A stretch of 64,000 nt of DNA from an uncultured delta proteobacterium (lineage in GTDB: Bacteria > Desulfobacterota > Zymogenia > Zymogenales > Zymogenaceae). The stretch spans positions 352,001-416,000 of the forward strand of contig CAVTLK010000001.1 of assembly GCA_963735595.1 (NCBI GenBank), written 5' to 3'. Below the pieces are notes generated by a model. It saw nothing but the letters and a program-made list of their open reading frames with translations, did not search any database and was not told where the DNA came from. Below are positions 57,638 to 64,000 of the stretch, piece by piece (within the stretch, counting starts at the first letter, position 1; each line of letters begins with the position of its first letter). The translations under genes were made by a program, and so were the position numbers.

Positions 57638-58561
57638 TTACAGAAAATCCATCTTTACCGGAACCGGAATGAAGGTAACGATAAATAGCAGGAAACAAAA
57701 CCATCCGATAACCCTGCGCCTGCGGTCAAGCCCAACGTCATCGTCGGAGACCGGCGGATGATCGACTCCGATAATAAGCACCAGCGCGGCCCAGACAAGC
57801 CATCCCGCATAGTAGACGATCCCCAGCACAACTAACACTCCGACGAATACCCTTGAAACGATGCGCTGTCTCCGGCCGAATAGGGCGTAGGCAATGTGCC
57901 CGCCGTCAAGCTGACCCATCGGCATTAGATTGAGGCTCGTCACCAGGAAACCGACCCACCCCGCAAAGGCGATGGGGGACAGCATAATATCATATCCCTC
58001 AGGAATCGTACCGACTATAAGATAAGACAAAAGCTTAAACAGGAGGGAATCGCCGAAAAATAAATACGATTGTTCTCCCGCAGTCACCTGGATCAGTTGG
58101 GATTGATACAGACCCCAGATTACCAGCGGCAAGGCGATTACGATCCCCGCCAGGGGTCCTGCGGCCCCGATATCCAGCAGCATCGTCTTCTTTCGGATTG
58201 CCGAGCGCATTTTGATGACCGCACCCAGCGTGCCGAACAGTGTTGGAGCGGGGATAAAATACGGGAGTGTCACGTCTACCCGATAGCGCCGTGACGTGAT
58301 GAAGTGCCCCATCTCGTGGGCCAGAAGAATCGAAAGGAGCGAACAGGCAAATGGGATTCCGGTTGCGATGAGACGGGGACTATTAATGAGATCCTCATAG
58401 GATACGTAAAAGGAGCTGCCCGCTATCAACGTAGTTATGACGGTCAAGAGAAAGAGTAGAACCGGCACTCGATACGCGGTTTTCTTCGGTTCGTGGGCTA
58501 TGCTCGTTATGCGGCTTTCTTGCCGGTCTTCCGTACCGTTATGGAACGTGTTATCGGTCAA
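57638..58561 (-). CDS. Site-2 protease family (M50) membrane metalloprotease; start uncertain, TTG at 58561 chosen
   Basis: HEMGH, LPYFIP, GTLGAVI, AGPLAG, NLMPMGQLDGGH. Confidence 0.9.
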   Translation of the reverse strand: MTDNTFHNGTEDRQESRITSIAHEPKKTAYRVPVLLFLLTVITTLIAGSSFYVSYEDLINSPRLIATGIPFACSLLSILLAHEMGHFITSRRYRVDVTLPYFIPAPTLFGTLGAVIKMRSAIRKKTMLLDIGAAGPLAGIVIALPLVIWGLYQSQLIQVTAGEQSYLFFGDSLLFKLLSYLIVGTIPEGYDIMLSPIAFAGWVGFLVTSLNLMPMGQLDGGHIAYALFGRRQRIVSRVFVGVLVVLGIVYYAGWLVWAALVLIIGVDHPPVSDDDVGLDRRRRVIGWFCFLLFIVTFIPVPVKMDFL

Positions 58562-59069
58562 AGTGAATGTTCTTTCCGGTAGCCGACAGGGGGATTCCCA
58601 TTGCAAAATCCCAATCAACGATGCCCATATTTCGGGCGACCGCTCCGATACGATACATAATCCGATTGTCAACGTTCAGTATCGAGGCGGTTTTTACGGC
58701 CGATCCGAGGGCAATCCCCATATCGAGGAGGCGGAACGCACAATGGGGGCCGGCAAATTCCGGCCCCTCTTTCTTTTCAAGCAACGTACACGTTTCATAG
58801 CCGCACGCGCCGCAGTTCAAAGAGATCGGGGTAGCGTTCTGTAACCCGATCAGCAGCAGTACCGCCGAATTCCTGACGCTCTTGGCATCCCGATCGAAGT
58901 TTGTCTTCCCGGTCTTCTTACCGAATTCCTCCATGGAATCGGCAATTTCCCCGAGCAGGTCGCCTTCGATAATTTTTGTGACAACGAAGTTCTCGCCCCT
59001 CGATTTAGGGGCAGTCACCGCAGAGAGCTCCATGAGCTGGGCGGCAATTCCCAGGGCCTTGTCGCTCAT
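58551..59069 (-). CDS. DUF2148 ferredoxin-like/nitroreductase-like protein
   Basis: TAPKS.G, F.RDA, NCGACG..TC, C.F..LD.GIALGSA, VDNRIMY, GKNI.FDR. Confidence 0.82.
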   Translation of the reverse strand: MSDKALGIAAQLMELSAVTAPKSRGENFVVTKIIEGDLLGEIADSMEEFGKKTGKTNFDRDAKSVRNSAVLLLIGLQNATPISLNCGACGYETCTLLEKKEGPEFAGPHCAFRLLDMGIALGSAVKTASILNVDNRIMYRIGAVARNMGIVDWDFAMGIPLSATGKNIHFDR

Positions 59070-59073
59070 CGTA

Positions 59074-59829
59074 TCACTTCTTCTCCGCGAGAAACTTCTT
59101 AAACGGCTCGAAGATATCTATGGGCACGGGGAAGATCGTGGTGGAGTTATTCTCCGTGGCTATCTCCGCCAGGGTCTGCAGATACCGCAATTGAAGGGCG
59201 ATCGGGTTCTTTCCAAGGACAACCGCCGCCTCGGCAAGCTTAGCGGAGGCCTGGAACTCACCGTCGGCGTTGATGACCTTTGCCCTCCTGATCCGCTCGG
59301 CCTCGGCCTGACGTGCGATGGCCCGCTGCATCTCCTGGGGCAGATCGATGTGCTTGATTTCCACGTGGGAAACCTTCACACCCCACGGATCCGTGTTCTT
59401 GTCGAGGACTTCCTGAATGCGGTTGTTGATCTTTTCCCGCTCGGCCAGCATATCGTCGAGTTCCTCCTGGCCGAGGATGCTCCTCAGCGTCGTCTGGGCG
59501 AGCTGGGAAGTAGCGTACATGTAGTTTTCGACTTCGACGATGGCCCTGTTCGGATCCATAACCCTGAAGTAGACGACGGCGTTTACCTTTACCGAGACAT
59601 TATCCCTCGTAATAACGTCCTGAGGGGGTACGTCCATCGTGATCGTCCTGAGTGAGACCCGAACCATTTTATCGATAACGGGGATCAGGAAGATCAGGCC
59701 CGGACCCTTGACGTCGATAATCCGGCCCAATCTGAAGATAACGCCCCGCTCGTATTCATTGAGCACCCTGATGGCCGAGAAGAGTATGGCCAAAAAGATA
59801 CCAACCAGAATAAGGATACCTACACCCAT
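59074..59829 (-). CDS. SPFH/stomatin-like (slipin) protein
   Basis: [49 protein letters not shown]. Confidence 0.95.
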   Translation of the reverse strand: MGVGILILVGIFLAILFSAIRVLNEYERGVIFRLGRIIDVKGPGLIFLIPVIDKMVRVSLRTITMDVPPQDVITRDNVSVKVNAVVYFRVMDPNRAIVEVENYMYATSQLAQTTLRSILGQEELDDMLAEREKINNRIQEVLDKNTDPWGVKVSHVEIKHIDLPQEMQRAIARQAEAERIRRAKVINADGEFQASAKLAEAAVVLGKNPIALQLRYLQTLAEIATENNSTTIFPVPIDIFEPFKKFLAEKK

Positions 59830-60003
59830 GAGAGACCTCCTGTTTGATTATACTTTTAGTGATTATAGTATAGGTACTGCTCTCGAGTCAATGAATTTAT
59901 AGAGGGAGGCCGGCAGATGCAGACGAAAAACCATCCGTGAGGTTTTCTTTCATTACCTCGACGAAATCCCTATTCGAGCCGGAAGCCGTCGCTTCATATA
60001 AAC

Positions 60004-60032
60004 AAAAAGGCCGCCGGTCCATACCGGCGGCC
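60004..60032 (-). terminator. Intrinsic terminator after the V4R gene
   Basis: GGCCGCCGG / CCGGCGGCC stem with a T tract on the minus strand. Confidence 0.75.
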
Positions 60033-60049
60033 CGACGATCTTCCCGACT

Positions 60050-60598
60050 CTATTTAATAACCTTCCTCGTTTCTCCCATTGGTGTCAGGAGAAAACGGCA
60101 TACCTGATCCCCCTTGCTGACGCATGTTTCTTCCGTCGACTCATAGGGTATTTCAAAGGCACCTTCCGCAGCGCCCCCGGCCAAACCCGCAGAGAAAAGG
60201 CAGGTAGTGGTCTTGGTCTTGGTATCTCCGTGAATCTCGCGGTGTCCACCCGATTCCCAGGTATTCAGGTATTCAAGAACTATCTTTCCACTGCCCTCAT
60301 CATGCTCGACTTTATGGATCTTTCCCCAGCCAAGGGTGGTGCTGAGATTAACGTGTTGTTTGAACTGCTCAATTCCCCCCTTAAATATCTCGCGCATCCT
60401 CTGGCCGCCCAGCTTCCCGGACGAGTATCCCACCTCGTAAATCTGGCGCTTCGCGACGGGACCCAGGATGGACTCCATTCTGTCCATCATATTAATCAAT
60501 AAGGCATTAGAAAACAGGACCCAGCGTCTGTTCAATCCCCAGATCTCTTCGTCGTCCTTCACCTCAAACATTCCAGAACCGACAACCTTATCAGCCAT
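60050..60598 (-). CDS. Stand-alone V4R (4-vinyl reductase) domain protein
   Basis: LGWG, NTWES, C.F.AG..GG, EETCVSKGD..C.F. Confidence 0.82.
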   Translation of the reverse strand: MADKVVGSGMFEVKDDEEIWGLNRRWVLFSNALLINMMDRMESILGPVAKRQIYEVGYSSGKLGGQRMREIFKGGIEQFKQHVNLSTTLGWGKIHKVEHDEGSGKIVLEYLNTWESGGHREIHGDTKTKTTTCLFSAGLAGGAAEGAFEIPYESTEETCVSKGDQVCRFLLTPMGETRKVIK

Positions 60599-60893
60599 GA
60601 CGTCCTCCGATAATGAAAATGATGCGCTAAATATAAGCGGCTGGTTGAATCTAAATATACTATTTTATTTTTTATAGAAGATCAAGAATTATCATGCTGT
60701 ATGTACTATACGATATCTCATCCCGTGGATATGTCCATCGTCTCTGACATCGGCGCCCGTTGTTTCCTCTCCAAATCCCGGTCCCGGTATGTTGCGATGG
60801 CCCTCCCTGGGCAGTGACAACCCGCCTTCGGTCGCGTCCCATGAGTTCCCGGGTGTTTACGGGCCCTGGTCTTGAACGCGCTATTGAAGAAAT

Positions 60894-60935
60894 AAAAAAG
60901 AGACTGCCGTGAATACTTACTCGGCAGTCTCTCTT
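60894..60935 (-). terminator. Intrinsic terminator after the CoA-transferase/BKACE operon
   Basis: AGAGACTGCCG / CGGCAGTCTCT stem with a T tract on the minus strand. Confidence 0.75.
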
Positions 60936-60975
60936 CAACAATCGTTCGGAGTCGAACCCGATAGGGACCGGAACG

Positions 60976-61839
60976 CTACTTATTCTTGAGGTGGAGTATT
61001 GTGCGCGCCTCGTCGGGTGACGCTACCTCGCGTCCGGCCAGTTTGGCCACCTTAACCGCCCATTCCACCTGCTCCCAGCTTCCCTTGGCAAGCTCGCCGT
61101 CGGGCATTCTTGTATTGTCCTCGAGGCCCACGCGCATGTGCCCGCCGTTGACGACCGACGTCATATTGGCGAGAACCTGATTCGGCCCCACACCGCAGAC
61201 GCTGTAGGTCGCGCCTTCGGGCAGATGCGCCAGCATCTCCGAGAACATCGACACCTCATAGGGAACGCCGCCGGCAACGCCGAATACCATCTGGAAATGC
61301 ATCGGTTCCTCGAATATATTCTGTTTCCTGACCAGGAGAACGTTGAACAGGCCGCCCATGTCGTAGATTTCGAGCTCGGGTTTTACGCCGTTTTCCCTCA
61401 TCTGCCTGTTGAAGTCAACGAGCATAGCGAACGTGTTCTCGAAGACGATCTCCATCGGTACCTCGCCCGTCTTCCAGTTGGCAACCCCGAAGTTCATGGA
61501 GTTGGTATTGAGGCTCGCCATCGGGGGTTTTATTGCTGCAACCGGGGCAATCCGCTGCTCCTTCGTAACCCAGGGGCCGATAGCCGAGCTCATATTGATG
61601 ATGAGCTTCGGGCATTTTGCCCGGATCGCATCGATCGTTGTCTTGATCTTGTCGATCTCGTGGGTGGGGACTCCGCTCTCGGGATCGCGTACGTGGATGT
61701 GAACAATCGAACCGCCGGAGTTGTAGACCTTGTATGCGTCTTCGGCGAACTCCTCTGGCGTGTAGGGAACGGCCGGGTTCTGTTCCTTTCTGGTTACCGC
61801 ACCGGTCAGCGCGGCGGTGATGATGACTTTATCGCTCAT
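60976..61839 (-). CDS. Beta-keto acid cleavage enzyme (BKACE/DUF849), copy 2
   Basis: IITAALTGA, HIH, KPELEIYD, HMRVGLEDN; close paralogue of 4531-5394. Confidence 0.92.
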   Translation of the reverse strand: MSDKVIITAALTGAVTRKEQNPAVPYTPEEFAEDAYKVYNSGGSIVHIHVRDPESGVPTHEIDKIKTTIDAIRAKCPKLIINMSSAIGPWVTKEQRIAPVAAIKPPMASLNTNSMNFGVANWKTGEVPMEIVFENTFAMLVDFNRQMRENGVKPELEIYDMGGLFNVLLVRKQNIFEEPMHFQMVFGVAGGVPYEVSMFSEMLAHLPEGATYSVCGVGPNQVLANMTSVVNGGHMRVGLEDNTRMPDGELAKGSWEQVEWAVKVAKLAGREVASPDEARTILHLKNK

Positions 61840-61989
61840 GAGTTCCTCCTCTGTGAAATGGTAAACAGTACCGGAAGATATACATCCTTTACCTTTGTCG
61901 CATCCTGACGATGTCCGCGGTATTCGGTACCCGGTTGTTCAGGGCCTACTCGCCGGTCGAAACGCCGCCGAGAGTCGCCGTCACACGAC

Positions 61990-62762
61990 CTACCTGCCGA
62001 TGATGTACCGATACGGATCGATCTCCTCCCGCAGCAGCCTCAGCGCCTCGGCGGTCGGGGGCGGTGTCTCGGAGACCTTCGGGGCCTTCAAGAGCTCGAA
62101 TCCGCAGTTATCGCGGACGTCTTTTTCCGTATAACCGTGGTTGATCTGGGCAATCCGCATCCGCTTGGACTCCGGATCGAAGTCCATGACGGCCATATTC
62201 GTTATGATCTTGTAGGGTCCCGATCCCTTCGGAAGGCCCGATTTCATGCCGCGAATCGCCCCCCGTGAGATAGCCGGGAGTGGTGATGAACTCGCATCTT
62301 TCCACGAAACGCCGGGCGTCCTGCGCCGTGATGACCATCATTTTCCAGCAGAAGGACGCGAAATCGTTGGCGCCTCCGCTGCCGGGAAGCCTTACCTTCG
62401 GTTTCTGCTGGTCGCCCGCCGATCCTGGTGGAGTTGAGGTTGCCGTACATGTCTATCTGGGCTCCCCCGAGGAATGTGTAGTCAACGAAGCCCCGGCAGC
62501 ACGTTTCCATGACCTCGCACATGCCCGCGGCCATGTTGGCCTTCCATGTCGTTCGCGAATCCCCCACCGAAATGGGCATCACCGGGATCAGCGGGGCCAC
62601 CCCTCCTGCCTCGAAGAATATCACGAGGTTGGGGGCGGTCGTCTTCTGGGAGAGCATCGCCGCGGCGCACGGCGCGCCGGTACCGACGCCGACGGTTGCG
62701 CCGTCTTCAAGTTCCCGCGCGGCGGTGCAGATCATCAGTTCCATCGTATTAAAGTCAGCCAT
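61990..62762 (-). CDS. Family I CoA-transferase beta subunit (GctB-like), two indels (near 62417 and 62248)
   Basis: VGTGAP, FFEAG (catalytic Glu), FLGGAQID.YGNLNST, LPGSGGAND, FITTPG, IITNMAV.DF across three frames. Confidence 0.85.
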
Positions 62763-62778
62763 GAGTGACCTACCTCCA

Positions 62779-63779
62779 TTATTTCTTGGCGGTGTTGTTA
62801 TCGACCAGGTATTCCTTGTCTCTGAGCTCCTGCATCTTCTTGAGACCGCCGTTAATTTCTATATACTCCGTAAATTCCTTGACGCCGTAGATATTCTTGT
62901 CAAGGAACTTCTTGAGTTCTTCCGGATCCTTTTCGACCGTCAGCCATTCCCTCAGGTGTTCCTCGTCCGAGTAGTATTCGTACGGCATGTTGCCCGGATA
63001 GCTCCCGTACGGCACCTCGCAGACGGCGTCCACGAGGTAGAACGGGATAACCGTCAGGGACGGGTCGCTCCTGATCTGCTCGTTCGAGATGATCCGCTCA
63101 CAGGTGATCACGAGGCGCTTGGAGGCGCGGGCCAGCTCCAGGTCGGCAATGGTTATTCCCCTGATCCGGCAGTTGCCGTAGACGTCCGCCTCGTGCACAT
63201 GGATTGCCGCAGAAATCCGGGTAGAGCGCCGGCGCCAGGACGTAGTTATCTCCCGTGTAGGGGCATTGATCTTCTTGGAGGCGCTGTACTTGAAGGTATC
63301 GGTTCCCATCATGTTCCTGATCGGTATGAACGATATGCCCATCGCCGCGGCCTTGAGCCGCGCGGCCATGGCGTAATTGGTCCATTCGGTAACCTCCACC
63401 TCGCCGCTCTCCATGTAGCGCCGGGCGTTTGGCGGAGAGCCCCCGTGCTTCCAGCCCTATGATGTAGGCGATGTCGCACTTGGTAAAGACCTTGCCCGCC
63501 GCCAGGATTTGAAAATCGTGCGTTGACGTATGACCCGCGAAGGCCAGGTTTTTCTTCTTCTGGCGTAAGAATCTCGTGGCAGATCGCGGTGGGAATTCGG
63601 TTTGCGCCGAACCCGCCGATCGCGAAATAATCGCCGTCGTGAAGCAGCGTCTTGACCGCATCCGAAACGGTCGTCAGTTTATTCTTGAGTTCCCGCGACT
63701 TCTTCCTGAAAAACTCCCGGGCCTTATCGGGATCGGGGTCGGTGAAAAGCCTGCCGATTCCTTCCTCTAATACGTCCAC
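62779..63779 (-). CDS. Family I CoA-transferase alpha subunit (GctA-like), about four indels
   Basis: DGD..AIGGF...RIP, EWTNYAMA.RLKAAAMG..F, GTD, CPYTG, IHVHEAD.YGN, VDAVCEVPYG.YP across frames; GGAGG ribosome-binding site before GTG. Confidence 0.85.
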
Positions 63780-63840
63780 TGAAAACCTCCTCCTTACTGT
63801 TTCCTAATTGAGAATATAGTGTTAACCATTTTCGCGTTAG

Positions 63841-63924
63841 GTAGTACGCGAGTTAAAACGGTACTACGTGATCTTTGCGGTATTAGTGTCGTGTATCTAT
63901 AACAGAGTCATGCCGGCAAGTCAA
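63841..63924 (-). promoter_or_regulatory. Sigma70 promoter and 7-13-7 inverted repeat upstream of the CoA-transferase operon
   Basis: TTGACT (63924-63919), 17 nt, TATAGA (63901-63896); GTAGTAC-N13-GTACTAC at 63841-63867. Confidence 0.6.
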
Positions 63925-64000
63925 GCTCCCAGATGCCGGCGCCCGTCTGATCGGGCATGTCGATTCGGGAGAGGTATAAACTATCTCGATACGTATCGTA

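Noticed and set aside
60600..60890. Possible riboswitch, ncRNA or the 89-aa ORF 60672-60941
   Set aside because: No recognisable conserved RNA motif, and the ORF runs through a terminator. A covariance-model search would be needed.
61990..63779. Pseudogene status or programmed frameshifting for the CoA-transferase genes
   Set aside because: Several scattered indels with intact motifs and no slippery-site logic fit sequencing error better.
1..64000. CRISPR array, integrase, transposase, prophage or defence system
   Set aside because: I found no regularly spaced repeats and no ORF with the relevant motifs.

Overview
A gene-dense 64 kb bacterial chromosomal segment from an anaerobe. Gene content and order suggest a Desulfobacterota/deltaproteobacterial-type organism (inference only). 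I see no CRISPR array, integrase, transposase or rRNA. Housekeeping genes include miaB (partial), pgi, folE2, queD, rho-rpmE-DUF1385-prfA-prmC-murA-hisD, a Gly-Cys-Leu tRNA cluster, a phosphohexomutase, tldD, a tsaC/yciO-family gene and oligopeptide ABC ATPases. They are interleaved with many catabolic genes. The standout is a 10.7 kb TetR-headed minus-strand cluster (40228-50956): two paralogous class-III aminotransferases, two SCP2 lipid-binding proteins, two paralogous APC permeases, a split transketolase with altered substrate-binding residues, and alanine dehydrogenase. I infer an undescribed transaminase/transketolase pathway for a lipophilic amino-diol, possibly a sphingoid base. Other notable items are an AAA+ ATPase/VWA gene joined by a -1 shift at an A10 run (candidate programmed recoding), an orphan sulfofructose-transaldolase-like gene, a histidine kinase lacking its His, an alpha/beta hydrolase with HSMG and HGLG motifs in swapped positions, and two 7-13-7 NikR-type operator candidates. 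About a dozen single-base indels split otherwise intact genes; most are probably sequencing/assembly errors. All family assignments come from motif recognition, not database searches.
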